Below the pieces are notes generated by a model, which saw only the letters and a program-made list of their open reading frames with translations, made no database searches and was not told the DNA's origin. Position numbers and translations under genes: made by a program. Shown here one piece after another: positions 39,851-50,679 of a stretch of DNA of 64,000 bases (position 1 is the stretch's first letter; each line of letters starts with the position of its first letter). Source of the DNA: Candidatus Cloacimonadota bacterium (GTDB taxonomy: Bacteria; Cloacimonadota; Cloacimonadia; G963667145); assembly GCA_963667255.1 (NCBI GenBank), contig OY762940.1, forward strand, positions 1,152,001-1,216,000, read 5' to 3'.

Positions 39851-41931
39851 AATTCATTAAGGTCGCCAATTTTACAATTCTTATTATTATGCTTGTTTAT
39901 TTGTTTATAATACAGGTTTTTGACCCGTTTGATTTGGCAAAAGTATGGCGATCGCGACACATTCCGCACAAAAAAATTCTAATCGCTAAAAGAGGCGATT
40001 TTTTGGATCGTTCCGGACGAGTTTTGGTTAGTTCGGACGATTTTTATCAAATAGACATCGACAAAAACCTCTTGAGCATTCATTCACGCAGAACAGGGGA
40101 CGATTTATTGTCTATCTACTATTCGGTTGCCAGGATTTTGGACGATAATCTCAAAATGAGAACTCATCCGCTGCTCACTAAATCTTCGAGTCTTGAGTCG
40201 GTTTATATCAAAAACATGGTGCCAGCAACAGTTGTGAAGAGTATTATTGATGAGTTTAACAAGGCGAATTTGCCTTTGCCCTTGATTTCCTACAACGGCT
40301 CTAAACGGAATTACCTTTCTCAATTGGATTTGGAACCGATAATCGGAGAAGCTAAAAGTGTGAGCAAAATGGTTACAGATAGCAGGATTATTCGTGAAAA
40401 TTTGGTTGGTCTCAGTGGTCTGGAAAAGTTTTTTGAAACAAATTTGCATGGGGAAGACGGATGGCGAAAATTTTATGTAAACGGAACTCCTTACATTAGA
40501 AAGAACTACGAGACAGAAGCCAAAGATGGTGCAAACATTGTCTTAACTATTGATGGGGAAATTCAAAAAATTTTGACTTCGACTTTGCGAGACGGAATAA
40601 AAAAGTATGGTGCTAAATCTGCGATGGGGATAGTGATGAACCCCAATACCGGTGAAATCTTGGCGAGCTGCGGATACGACAATAAAAACGGGAAAGTTTC
40701 CTTGCCGTTCATAAATTATTCGATTTCTTACCTCTTCGAGCCGGGTTCGACTATCAAGCCATTCATTTTGCAGTTGGCACTGGATAATGGGCTTTTTGAC
40801 TTAAATTCCAAGATTGATTGTTCTCCTTACAAAGTGAAAGGCGAGACTAGAACTATCAGAGACCATGAGTCCGATAGCAGAAAAAGCGACACCTTAAACT
40901 TGGAGCAAATTTTACAATATTCGTCTAATGTGGGCGTGATGAAGATTGTGGAAAAAGTAGGTGGAGAGTCGCTCTATAACAGACTGAAAAAGTTGGGGTT
41001 TGGCTCATATCTTCTGACGGATATGTATGGCGAGGAACCGGGGATTTTACGCGACCCATCTCAATGGAGTGGATACACGCTGACCTCTTTGTCCATCGGT
41101 CATGAGATTGCCCTTACACCCGTGCAATTGGCGAGTGCTTATGCCAGTATCGCTAATGGTGGTTACCTTCTTCGACCTTATATCGTAAAAAGGATTGAAC
41201 TACCCAATGGGAAATCTATTGTTAAAAGCAAAAAAATTCTTTCAAAAATTTCCACCAATGAAAACATTAAGACAATCAAAAGTATGATGAGTAAAGTTGT
41301 GGAGGGCGGAACTGCTGTCCAAACCAACATCAAAAATATGCATATTGCGGGGAAGACGGGAACTGCTGAAGAATTGGGAAGAAGTCAGAAAGATAATTTG
41401 GTGCATTCGTCTTCGTTTTGTGGTTTTTTCCCTATCGCAAATCCGAAGTATCTAATTCTTATTGTGTATGAAGGGGCGAAGGGGAAATATCGTTACGCTG
41501 CACAGTCTGCCGTTCCGACATTTCGCCAAATCGTAACCAAGATGATGGTTGACCCCGATATCAATGTTGTGGGCAAGGAGAAGATTTTGGAGATGCCTAA
41601 TTTTATTGGACTGAACAAAGCTGAAGTTAATCGTATTTTGGAAGAAAAGGAAATATTTGGCAAGATAATCCAAAAGCAAGTGAAAGACTCAATTGTGGTT
41701 GACCAGTTTCCTAAGTCGCACTTGAAGTTTGCCACCGGAATACCCATATCGATAATTATGGGGAATGAAAAAGATTTAGAGGTAAAAGATTCGCTGAATT
41801 TTGTAGGATTAACAATGCGTGAGGCTTTTAGTTTAGCAAAAGAGCAAAACATCAACATTGAAGTTACAGGCTCAGGTGTTATCAAATCCCAAGACGATTT
41901 TGGATTTATATTTGATTTGAGGGCAGAATGA
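39847..41931 (+). CDS. ftsI: Class B PBP FtsI/PBP3 with C-terminal PASTA domains
   Basis: RG..LDR.G, GLEK, EPGSTIKP (SxxK), SSN, KTGT. Confidence 0.9.
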   Translation: MKFIKVANFTILIIMLVYLFIIQVFDPFDLAKVWRSRHIPHKKILIAKRGDFLDRSGRVLVSSDDFYQIDIDKNLLSIHSRRTGDDLLSIYYSVARILDDNLKMRTHPLLTKSSSLESVYIKNMVPATVVKSIIDEFNKANLPLPLISYNGSKRNYLSQLDLEPIIGEAKSVSKMVTDSRIIRENLVGLSGLEKFFETNLHGEDGWRKFYVNGTPYIRKNYETEAKDGANIVLTIDGEIQKILTSTLRDGIKKYGAKSAMGIVMNPNTGEILASCGYDNKNGKVSLPFINYSISYLFEPGSTIKPFILQLALDNGLFDLNSKIDCSPYKVKGETRTIRDHESDSRKSDTLNLEQILQYSSNVGVMKIVEKVGGESLYNRLKKLGFGSYLLTDMYGEEPGILRDPSQWSGYTLTSLSIGHEIALTPVQLASAYASIANGGYLLRPYIVKRIELPNGKSIVKSKKILSKISTNENIKTIKSMMSKVVEGGTAVQTNIKNMHIAGKTGTAEELGRSQKDNLVHSSSFCGFFPIANPKYLILIVYEGAKGKYRYAAQSAVPTFRQIVTKMMVDPDINVVGKEKILEMPNFIGLNKAEVNRILEEKEIFGKIIQKQVKDSIVVDQFPKSHLKFATGIPISIIMGNEKDLEVKDSLNFVGLTMREAFSLAKEQNINIEVTGSGVIKSQDDFGFIFDLRAE

Positions 41932-44564
41932 CAGAGATAGAAAGAGTAGACATTTCGCTATATTCGGGCATCGCATCCGACTCGAGACAGGTAAAGCAAA
42001 ACTATATCTTTATTTGCATAAAGGGTTTATTGCAAAATGGACACGATTTTGTCAATGATGCTATCAAAAACGGGGCATCGTTAATTATCGCCGAAGATAA
42101 AATCGAGACAAAAGTTCCTGTAATTGTGTGTAAAGACAGTCGTTTGGCAGCCGTCTATTTGTCAGACAAGTTTTACAGCAACCCGTCAGACAAGTTGAAG
42201 ATAGTGGGTATAACCGGAACTAACGGGAAATCGAGTTGCTCTTTCCTAACTCACAGAGTTTTAACTAAGTTAGGGTATAAAGCCGGCGTGATAGGAACCG
42301 GTAAATATCTAATAGGGACGGAAGAGTTCACGAACGAACGGACGACTCCCGACATTATAGAATTGCGGTATATTTTGTCCAAGATGGTAGAGGCTAAGGT
42401 TGAATTTGTTTTGATGGAAGTTTCTTCACATGCTATTGCTTTACAAAGAGTTGCAGGGATTAAATTTGATTTTGTTTGTTTCACAAATTTATCTCAAGAT
42501 CATTTGGATTTTCATAAGACTTTTGAAAACTATGTAGAAATTAAAATTAATTTTCTCAAAAATGCGATTTTTTGTGGGAGCATTGCTCTGATAAATTGGG
42601 ATGACGAGCAAGGTAAGATACTTGATAGCAATAAAATACTAAAGATTTCCTCAATAGATAAGAAAGCCGATTATTATTATAAATGTGAGAAAAGCGATTT
42701 GTCAGGGATTAAATTTTATCTAAACGATTTGAGCTGTTCCTCATCACTTTTAGGCGAGATTAATCTTTTCAATTCGGCTTTTATTTTGTCGCTGTTGGAT
42801 GTTATGCTGGGTAAAGTTTTTACCGATGTTTTACAGGGAATAAAGCCTTTGGAAGGCAGATACAATCTTATTAGGGACAATGTTTTGGTCGATTACGCTC
42901 ATAGTCCGGACTCGTTGCAGAAAGTGTTGCAATTTGCAAAAAAGTTAGGCAGGAAACGGATAATTACTTTGTTTGGCTGTGGTGGAAATAGAGACCGCGA
43001 TAAACGCAAAAAAATGGGCAAGATTGCCGTTGGAAATTCAGATTTGGTGATAGTGTGCGAGGACAACTCCCGCAAGGAAAATGTGGTTGATATTGTCTCC
43101 GAGATAGCTGATGGTAACGATATGTCTAAAATAGTTATTATAAAGTCTCGTAAAATTGCTATAACTTATGGATTGTCAATCAGTAAGGAAGAAGACATTT
43201 TTTTGGTTTTAGGGCGAGGAGCAGAAAAAAAGATTGATAGGGGGTTTGAGGTTTTGCCGTTTTCTGATTTAGAATATTTATCAGGAAATTTGGACAATTC
43301 GTTCAAACAAGTTTTTGATCCGCTTTGGGTTGAGAAAGTTCTCAATTCATCTTTTGGAGGAAATTTTTCCTTGGATTTTGTGTTTGAGAGAGTTGTAACG
43401 GACTCAAGAAATTTAGAGGAAAACTCTTTGTTTATAGCGTTACCTGGGAAAAATTTTGACTCAAATCAATTTGTAAGACAAGTGCTGGAAACTCAAGGGT
43501 GCTGTGCAGTTGTTAATAAAGAATGCGAAATTGAAGATGACAGGGTGTTGGTCGTTGAAGATACAGTGGATGCTTACCAATCTTTGGCTAAAGCTTATTT
43601 ATCGCATTTCGATCCTGTGAAAATCGGCATTACCGGTAGTGTGGGAAAAACCACCACGAAAGAGATATTAAGCAATGTGTTGAGCCAAGACGGGAAAGTG
43701 TTGAAAACTTTTGCCAACGAAAATAATCAGATTGGAGTCCCTAAGACGATTTTTCGCCTAACCCCTTCGCACAAATATTTGTTGATAGAAATGGGAACTG
43801 ATCACCCGGGGGAAATAGAAAAGCTTGCATCGGTTGTTTGCCCGAATATCGGGATTATTACCAATGTGAGTGCCAGTCATCTGCAAGCTTTCAGGACAAT
43901 TAAGGGCGTTTATCAAGAAAAAAAGAGGTTGTTTGATTATAGCGATATAAAGTTGACATTGGCAAAGGAATTTTTTGATGAGAGTTTGGATTTTGATATA
44001 ATTGAGAAAGATGAAAATGTTTTTGTCAAAATCGATAAACAGATTTTTGAATTGGGGAATCAACCGAGATTTAGAGCAGATGCAGCAGCTATAGCTGTAA
44101 AAGTGGGAATGATTTTGAGTGTCGATAACTCTAAAATCTCCAAAGGTTTATCTCAGTTTCTTGACTTGGAAAATAGGTTAGAAATCAAAAATATTGATGG
44201 CGTTGATTTTATTTTCGATTGTTATAACGCAAATCCATTGTCCATGAGAGAATCTATAAAATTTTGGAAAAATTATAAGAAAAATAGAAATCATATTGCA
44301 ATTTTGGGAGATATGTTGGAGTTAGGAGACAAGGAAATCGATTTTCACGCAGAAATTGGCAAATTTGTTACAGGCTATACAATTTTTGGTGTTGGCAGGC
44401 TCTCTAAGCACTACAATCCGACATATTATTATGGGAATGTTGACAGATTTTGCGAAAATCTCCCAAAGTTTTCTTCGGGAGATGTTGTTCTGATCAAAGG
44501 TTCAAATGGAGTTGGGTTGACAAAACTAAAGAAGATTTTGGAAAGTAAATCAAAGGAATTATAA
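41928..44564 (+). CDS. murE: Fused MurE-MurF ligase
   Basis: MurE half: GITGTNGKS, TTPD, MEVSSH, NLSQDHLDFH, DYAHSPD, GCGGNRD, DNSR; MurF half: DSR, GITGSVGKTT, NNQIGVP, D.YNANP.SM, LGDMLELG, KGS; no stop between. Confidence 0.93.
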   Translation: MTEIERVDISLYSGIASDSRQVKQNYIFICIKGLLQNGHDFVNDAIKNGASLIIAEDKIETKVPVIVCKDSRLAAVYLSDKFYSNPSDKLKIVGITGTNGKSSCSFLTHRVLTKLGYKAGVIGTGKYLIGTEEFTNERTTPDIIELRYILSKMVEAKVEFVLMEVSSHAIALQRVAGIKFDFVCFTNLSQDHLDFHKTFENYVEIKINFLKNAIFCGSIALINWDDEQGKILDSNKILKISSIDKKADYYYKCEKSDLSGIKFYLNDLSCSSSLLGEINLFNSAFILSLLDVMLGKVFTDVLQGIKPLEGRYNLIRDNVLVDYAHSPDSLQKVLQFAKKLGRKRIITLFGCGGNRDRDKRKKMGKIAVGNSDLVIVCEDNSRKENVVDIVSEIADGNDMSKIVIIKSRKIAITYGLSISKEEDIFLVLGRGAEKKIDRGFEVLPFSDLEYLSGNLDNSFKQVFDPLWVEKVLNSSFGGNFSLDFVFERVVTDSRNLEENSLFIALPGKNFDSNQFVRQVLETQGCCAVVNKECEIEDDRVLVVEDTVDAYQSLAKAYLSHFDPVKIGITGSVGKTTTKEILSNVLSQDGKVLKTFANENNQIGVPKTIFRLTPSHKYLLIEMGTDHPGEIEKLASVVCPNIGIITNVSASHLQAFRTIKGVYQEKKRLFDYSDIKLTLAKEFFDESLDFDIIEKDENVFVKIDKQIFELGNQPRFRADAAAIAVKVGMILSVDNSKISKGLSQFLDLENRLEIKNIDGVDFIFDCYNANPLSMRESIKFWKNYKKNRNHIAILGDMLELGDKEIDFHAEIGKFVTGYTIFGVGRLSKHYNPTYYYGNVDRFCENLPKFSSGDVVLIKGSNGVGLTKLKKILESKSKEL

Positions 44565-45665
44565 ATGTTTTATTTTTTATATAATTATATTGGGCAAAAT
44601 AATGTTTTACTTAATGTTCTTCGATATGTAACATTTCGCTCTGCAGCTGCTTTCGTGACGGCGTTTCTGTTCTCATTTTTGGTCGGTCCTTGGACTATCA
44701 AATACTTGAAGAGAATGAAAATTGTAGAGAGCATCAACTCGTTTATGCCTCAGCACAACACCAAGCAAGGCACGCCCTCAATGGGTGGAGTTATAATAAT
44801 TTGTGGACTTATGCTCTCGTCGCTGTTGTGGAACGATTTGAGTTCTCCGTATATTCTTATTCTGTATTTTGTTGCGATTTGGTTGGGGGCTTTGGGATTT
44901 ATAGACGATTACCTAAAGAACATAAAAGGCTATGGAGAAGGATTGGTAGCCAAGCATAAGCTATGGGGGCAGATATCTTTATCTCTCTTGACTTTTTGCT
45001 TCCTTTATATAATTCATCCCGATTTTTCAGTTTTGGGCAAAATTTCTGTTCCTTTTTTGAAAAACACTTTTTGGGAACTAAACTTTTTCTTTATTCCTTT
45101 CTTGATTTTTTTGATTGTCGGCTCGTCTAACGCTGTAAATATAAGTGACGGTTTAGACGGCTTAGCCGGAGGTTTGGTCTGCATTTGTCTGATACCTATA
45201 GGCATTTTGGCGTATATGAAAGGCAATGTCATTTTGTGCAATCACTTTCATTTGGAGTTCATTCAAGAGGGCTCAGAGATTTGCGTGTTCGTTTTTGCAA
45301 TAATTGGCACAACGCTGGGTTTTCTGTGGTATAACGCAAATCCGGCACAAATTTTCATGGGTGATACCGGTTCTCTTTGCCTCGGTGGTTTGCTGGCGGT
45401 GATTTCCATAATCATTAGGGAAGAATTGTTATTAGGAATTACGGCTTTTGTTTTGGTAGCGGAAACGCTTTCCTCTTTCTTGCAAACCTCATATTTTAAA
45501 TATACCAAGAAAAAATTTGGAGTAGGCAAACGACTGTTTTTATGTGCTCCGCTACATCACCATTTCGAGAGAAAAGGGTTGTCAGAGGAAAAAATAGTTA
45601 TTAGATTTTGGATAATTGCGGTTATTTTTGCCGCCTTGGCATTGATGACGATAAAACTTCGGTAG
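44565..45665 (+). CDS. mraY: Phospho-N-acetylmuramoyl-pentapeptide transferase
   Basis: KQGTPSMGG, GFIDDY, NAVNISDGLDGL, FMGDTGS, APLHHHFE. Confidence 0.97.
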   Translation: MFYFLYNYIGQNNVLLNVLRYVTFRSAAAFVTAFLFSFLVGPWTIKYLKRMKIVESINSFMPQHNTKQGTPSMGGVIIICGLMLSSLLWNDLSSPYILILYFVAIWLGALGFIDDYLKNIKGYGEGLVAKHKLWGQISLSLLTFCFLYIIHPDFSVLGKISVPFLKNTFWELNFFFIPFLIFLIVGSSNAVNISDGLDGLAGGLVCICLIPIGILAYMKGNVILCNHFHLEFIQEGSEICVFVFAIIGTTLGFLWYNANPAQIFMGDTGSLCLGGLLAVISIIIREELLLGITAFVLVAETLSSFLQTSYFKYTKKKFGVGKRLFLCAPLHHHFERKGLSEEKIVIRFWIIAVIFAALALMTIKLR

Positions 45666-45668
45666 ATT

Positions 45669-46949
45669 ATGGATTTTAAAGATAAAAAAGTTTGTGTTCT
45701 CGGTTTGGGGATTTCAGGACTTGCAGCCACAAAGAGACTTTTGCAATTGGGTGTGAAAGTTTTTGTGTCCGATAAGAGCGAAAAATCTTTGACCGAGTTG
45801 CAACGATTAGGTTGTGAATTTGAATTGGGAAACCATTCGGATAAGGTTTTGGATAACGATTTTATCGTTGTGAGTCCCGGAATAAGGCTGGATATTCCCA
45901 TTCTGAAAAAAGCTCGTAAAAATGGCATCAACATCTTGTCTGAGATTGAGTTAGGTTATCTATTGAAGCCTGAAAAAACCAAGATTATTGCAGTGACAGG
46001 AACGAACGGGAAAAGCACTGTCGTTTCGCTAATTAAGCACATTTTGGATGTTGGAGGAGTCAAAGCTGGATTGGCAGGGAATATTGGTTTTCCTATAACC
46101 TCTTACGATTTGCAGAAAGAGCAGTTTGACTATTTGGTTTTGGAGCTCTCCAGTTTCCAGTTGGAATTATTGGAAGCCTTCAAAGCTGACATAGCTATTT
46201 TGTTAAACATTACACCCGATCATCTTAATCGTTATTCTTCGTTTGAGGAGTATGCTCAAATCAAATATAACATTTTTAAAAATCAATCAAAGCGAGATAA
46301 AGCTATATTTTCAAACGAGATAAATAGACCACAAATAAGTTCATCTTGTTTGACAATGGAAGATTTTTTATATGGAAATGAAATTGTTGTAAATGGATTT
46401 GCATTCAAAAATTGTAACAAAACCCTTTTGGGAAACCATAATCTAAAAAACATAACATTCTCTGTTCTCGCTTGTTATAATATAGTTCCTAATAATTTAA
46501 TTCAGAAAGCTATAAACAGTTTTTCGCCTTTGGAGCATCGTTTGGAGAAGTTTTATGAAAGCAAAGGGATTGTCTTTGTTAACGATTCCAAAGCTACCAC
46601 AGTGGATTCGACTTTGTGTGCGTTGCAAGCATTCAGCCAAAAAATTGTTCTGATTTTGGGTGGTTCGGATAAGGGCGAAGATTTTAATAGACTTTTACCT
46701 CTTTTGAAAGAAAAATGTAAAAAAGTTTATTTGATAGGGGAAACTGGTAAAGTTATGTTTTCGTCTTTCCAAAACGATGTTGATTGTGAGTATGTTCTTG
46801 AGTTTGAGGATTGTGTAAAAAAGTCAATTTCATCTGCTCTAAGTGGAGATATTGTGCTTTTGTCGCCCGCTTGTGCGAGTTATGATATGTTCGACAATTT
46901 TGAGCAAAGAGGCAGAAAATTTAAAGATTTGGTTAAAAATTTAGTTTAG
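45669..46949 (+). CDS. murD: UDP-MurNAc-L-Ala:D-Glu ligase
   Basis: GLGISG, VSPGI, TGTNGKST, ELSSFQLE, NDSKAT, LSPACASYD.F..FEQRG. Confidence 0.97.
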   Translation: MDFKDKKVCVLGLGISGLAATKRLLQLGVKVFVSDKSEKSLTELQRLGCEFELGNHSDKVLDNDFIVVSPGIRLDIPILKKARKNGINILSEIELGYLLKPEKTKIIAVTGTNGKSTVVSLIKHILDVGGVKAGLAGNIGFPITSYDLQKEQFDYLVLELSSFQLELLEAFKADIAILLNITPDHLNRYSSFEEYAQIKYNIFKNQSKRDKAIFSNEINRPQISSSCLTMEDFLYGNEIVVNGFAFKNCNKTLLGNHNLKNITFSVLACYNIVPNNLIQKAINSFSPLEHRLEKFYESKGIVFVNDSKATTVDSTLCALQAFSQKIVLILGGSDKGEDFNRLLPLLKEKCKKVYLIGETGKVMFSSFQNDVDCEYVLEFEDCVKKSISSALSGDIVLLSPACASYDMFDNFEQRGRKFKDLVKNLV

Positions 46950-46953
46950 AGAT

Positions 46954-48057
46954 ATGTTTGATTTTTTTAAAAAAGCGGATAGATTTATAACGATAGCCTA
47001 CATTTTTCTTGTGTGCATTGGGTTATATTTTGTGATGAACATAGCTTCATACGGGCATATGGCTAAGTTTATGAAGCAGATTGTTTGGGTTTTGATATCA
47101 TTTGTTGCTGTTTTGGTATCTTTTGAGTTGGATTTGGAGAAAATCAAAAAACTAATTCCTTTTATGCTCATTTTTGTCTCTTGTTTGCTCATTCTGGTTT
47201 TGCTTTTTGGAGTGGAAATCAGAGGAGCGAGAAGGCTTTTCCATTTCGGGTTCATCTCGTTTCAACCGAGTTTGTTGGCACGGCTGGTTTTGATTTTGTA
47301 TTTCGCCTATATTTTGGACAAAAAAAAAGAATGCAAAATTAGCGGGCTAAAAGATTTTTTTACCCATTATAAGCAGCTTGTTTTGGTTTCTGTTGTAATA
47401 TTTTCTCTTATTTTAGCCGGAAGGCATTTAAGCATTCTGATTATTCTCGGCTTGTCCCTTCTTATGATGTTAATTGCTGCAGGGATTAGCAAGCGAATTG
47501 TTTTTGTTCTTATCTCCACTCTGGCGGTTTTATTGGTTTTAGTTGTAAGTTTTGGAGCCAGCTTCAGATTGCAAAGAATTGGCGTTTACCAAAAATACAA
47601 TCTTTTGATGAGTGAAGACACCTCTTTCGTCCTCAGGGAAGGAGCGGACTATTCTACCAAGCAGAGCCTTATGGCTTTGGCTTCCGGCGGATTTTTTGGC
47701 GGAGACGGCAGAGCAAAAGACTCAAATCTCCCCGAGGCAGACACGGATTACATTTTTTCGGTAATAGCCGAAGAGTTTGGATTTTTTGGGGCTTTCATCA
47801 TAATTATCGCTTTTGCTATCATCTACTTTAGAGCCCTAAAACTTCTGAGTTCGGAAACAAATCTTTACAAGAAACTTATGGGAGTTGGCTTAATTCACAA
47901 TATTTTTTACAATGTCATAGTCCATATAGGGGTAACTATTTCCATGCTACCGCCGACAGGGGTTACTTTGCCATTCATCAGCTATGGAGGGACTTCGATG
48001 TTGGTCAACTCTTTGTCCATTGGCATAATTCTTAATCTTACCAAAAAAGAGATTTGA
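46954..48057 (+). CDS. ftsW: SEDS glycosyltransferase FtsW
   Basis: GARR, FQPS, LPEADTDYIFSVIAEE.G, TGVTLPFISYGG; dcw position. Confidence 0.92.
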   Translation: MFDFFKKADRFITIAYIFLVCIGLYFVMNIASYGHMAKFMKQIVWVLISFVAVLVSFELDLEKIKKLIPFMLIFVSCLLILVLLFGVEIRGARRLFHFGFISFQPSLLARLVLILYFAYILDKKKECKISGLKDFFTHYKQLVLVSVVIFSLILAGRHLSILIILGLSLLMMLIAAGISKRIVFVLISTLAVLLVLVVSFGASFRLQRIGVYQKYNLLMSEDTSFVLREGADYSTKQSLMALASGGFFGGDGRAKDSNLPEADTDYIFSVIAEEFGFFGAFIIIIAFAIIYFRALKLLSSETNLYKKLMGVGLIHNIFYNVIVHIGVTISMLPPTGVTLPFISYGGTSMLVNSLSIGIILNLTKKEI

Positions 48058-48058
48058 A

Positions 48059-49102
48059 TTGGTGAAAGTTGTAATATCGGGAGGTGGGACAGCTGGTCAT
48101 ATCATCCCCGCTTTAGTGATAGGTAACGCTCTAAAAGAAAAAGGCAACGAAGTCGTTTTTGTGGGGAACGCAGACTCTATGGAAGAAAAACTTGCAGTTG
48201 ATTTTTCTTATTTTCCCATAGCTGTCCAAAAATTGTATAGGAAATTTACCTTCAAACACATTTTATTTCCCATTAAATTATTTTTCAGCTTTTTTAAGTG
48301 CTTGCTTTTTTTCTTCAAGTTTAAACCGAATATTTTTGTGGGAAGTGGGGGATTTGTTTGTGCTCCACCGGCGTTAGCAGCCATTTTTTACAATAAATTG
48401 GCTAAAAGAAAAATTCTCATCTATTTCCATGAGCAAAACTCATATCCGGGCTTAGTTACGCGAAAATTGGGGAAATATGCTAAAACCGTTTTTTTGGGAA
48501 ACGAAAAGGGAAACACTTATTTTCAAAGAAGTTTATTCGTAGGCAATCCAATCCAAAGTCAATCTGTTTCCAAAGGGAATAACATATTGGTTGTTGGAGG
48601 GTCGCAGGGCTCAGAGTTTCTGAATGAGAAATTTTTGGGAATTTTGGATTTTCTGTTGGAGAGAGAGTTTCAAATAGATTGGCAGGTTGGAGAGAAAAAT
48701 ATTGAGTTGTATTCCTCTTTCAAAAGCGAAAAAGTCAATATTTTCGGGTTTTCAAACAAAATGCCCGAGATTTATAATAGGGCAGGATTGGTTATTTGCA
48801 GAGCTGGAGCTTTGACCATTGCGGAGCTACAAGCTCGCGGAGTGCCCGCCATTTTGGTTCCGTTGGGGATTTCAGCAGGCAATCATCAATATCAGAACGC
48901 TCTTTCTTACACCGAATCGGGAAGGGGAATTGTGTTGAAGGAGACGGAGTGCACAGAAGAGAGTTTGAAAGATGCTGTTCTACAAATTTTGGGAAATTAC
49001 GAGCAGTATAAAAATTTTGCCGAAAAAAATAGTTGCAAAGCTGACATCGGAAAAGTAATTAGCGAAAAAATTTACGGAGATTTTGAGAGAGGGAGGAAAT
49101 AG
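48059..49102 (+). CDS. murG: Undecaprenyldiphospho-muramoylpentapeptide GlcNAc transferase
   Basis: GGGTAGHI.PA, HEQNS.PG, GGSQG, RAGALT..E, HQYQNA. Confidence 0.96.
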   Translation: MVKVVISGGGTAGHIIPALVIGNALKEKGNEVVFVGNADSMEEKLAVDFSYFPIAVQKLYRKFTFKHILFPIKLFFSFFKCLLFFFKFKPNIFVGSGGFVCAPPALAAIFYNKLAKRKILIYFHEQNSYPGLVTRKLGKYAKTVFLGNEKGNTYFQRSLFVGNPIQSQSVSKGNNILVVGGSQGSEFLNEKFLGILDFLLEREFQIDWQVGEKNIELYSSFKSEKVNIFGFSNKMPEIYNRAGLVICRAGALTIAELQARGVPAILVPLGISAGNHQYQNALSYTESGRGIVLKETECTEESLKDAVLQILGNYEQYKNFAEKNSCKADIGKVISEKIYGDFERGRK

Positions 49103-49103
49103 T

Positions 49104-50564
49104 ATGGAAAAACTAAAGGCTTTTGATTTAAACAAAAAAACACTTAGCTTCATTTTGTTCAAGGCGTATTATTCATTAACGGACAAACAAAGACGATTGG
49201 TGGTAGAAAATTCCGTGAAAGACGGTTTGTATATAGAGGATTTTCGTCGTAACTATGTGTCTCGCAGTATGGTTGAGACGATTCAGACGAAAATGCAAGA
49301 GATTATCGATAGCGATTTGCCTATCGTGAAGAAAACAGTGTCGGTGGAGGAAGCCAAAGAAATTTTTAGTGAACGAAAAGATGTTTTGAAAAACATTGAG
49401 TTCTTGAAATTTGAGGAAGTAGATATTTATTGCTGTGAAGAGTATTGTGATTATATTGTGGGAGATTTGTTGGATAGCACAGGCAAAGTGGGGGAGTTCA
49501 AACTTTCCGATTATAGTCCCGGGTTTATTCTGCGGATGGCATCGTGGGAGACGGGAGAGTTCAACTCTAATTTCGATATATCAAAACGGCTGTTCAATGC
49601 TCATCAATCTTACAAAAGATGGCTTCTTCTCACTAAAATGTATAATTTGGGGTATCTAAATCAGGCGGTTGACAATGGCTCTATCAAAACACAAATTTTG
49701 ATGGATGAGACACGAGTTGAGCAGGAAATCACTAAAATTGCTTCCGCCATTCAGTGCGACAAATTGGTGAAATTGGTTCTTATTGCCGGTCCGTCTTCTT
49801 CGGGCAAAACGACATTCGCTTCCAAGCTGAGACTGCATTTGTCTGTTTTCGGGCTGAAGCCCGTGGTAATCAGTTTGGATGACTATTTTTTACCGCGAAC
49901 TCTCACTCCGCGTAAGCCTAATGGCGATTTTGATTTTGAGTGTTTGCAGTCGATAGATTTGCAGTTTCTGAATAAGGATTTAAACAAAATTTTAAGAGGG
50001 GAAGAGGTTGAACTCCCTAAATATGATTTCAAATCGGGAACACGAGAGAAAAGCGGACACACTATCAAACTTGGTTCTAAGCATATCCTAATCATTGAGG
50101 GCATTCATGCTCTGAACAGGGAACTTACTTATTCCATACCTTTTTCGCAAAAGAAGAGCATTTACATCAGCCCGCTGTTCCAACTAAATCTTGATAGACA
50201 CAATCGCATAACCACAACGGAAATTCGACAGTTGAGGCGGATAGTGAGAGATAAATACTATCGTGGATACTCTGCCGAAGACACTCTTGGTCGTTGGGAA
50301 TCCATCAGAGAAGGCGAAGACAAAAATATATTCCCATTCCAAGAGGAAGCGGATTTTATTTTTAATTCGGCTCTGACCTATGAATTGGCAGCCCTGAAAT
50401 CCCATGCTATCAGACCGCTATTGGAGGTTGAAAAAGAGTCTGCTAATTATCCAAAAGCTTGCAAACTGCTGGCTATACTGGAGCATGTAAAAGAGATAGA
50501 CGACACATTTATTCCCCCGACTTCGGTTTTGCGTGAGTTTATCGGGGGCAGTATTTTCCGTTAA
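49104..50564 (+). CDS. Nucleoside (uridine) kinase with N-terminal ThrRS-like domain
   Basis: IAGPSSSGKTT, SLDDYF, IIEGIHALN, RRIVRD..YRG, GE.KNIFPFQE.AD, LREFIGGS. Confidence 0.88.
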   Translation: MEKLKAFDLNKKTLSFILFKAYYSLTDKQRRLVVENSVKDGLYIEDFRRNYVSRSMVETIQTKMQEIIDSDLPIVKKTVSVEEAKEIFSERKDVLKNIEFLKFEEVDIYCCEEYCDYIVGDLLDSTGKVGEFKLSDYSPGFILRMASWETGEFNSNFDISKRLFNAHQSYKRWLLLTKMYNLGYLNQAVDNGSIKTQILMDETRVEQEITKIASAIQCDKLVKLVLIAGPSSSGKTTFASKLRLHLSVFGLKPVVISLDDYFLPRTLTPRKPNGDFDFECLQSIDLQFLNKDLNKILRGEEVELPKYDFKSGTREKSGHTIKLGSKHILIIEGIHALNRELTYSIPFSQKKSIYISPLFQLNLDRHNRITTTEIRQLRRIVRDKYYRGYSAEDTLGRWESIREGEDKNIFPFQEEADFIFNSALTYELAALKSHAIRPLLEVEKESANYPKACKLLAILEHVKEIDDTFIPPTSVLREFIGGSIFR

Positions 50565-50679
50565 TTGTAGAATATAACAAGAAGACAAAAAAATCTTGTC
50601 AAATAGGATTTAGATGAAAGTTTTGTCAGGATTGATTTATTGATGAAAGAGTTTGTAATTATATTTTAGGAACACAAAT

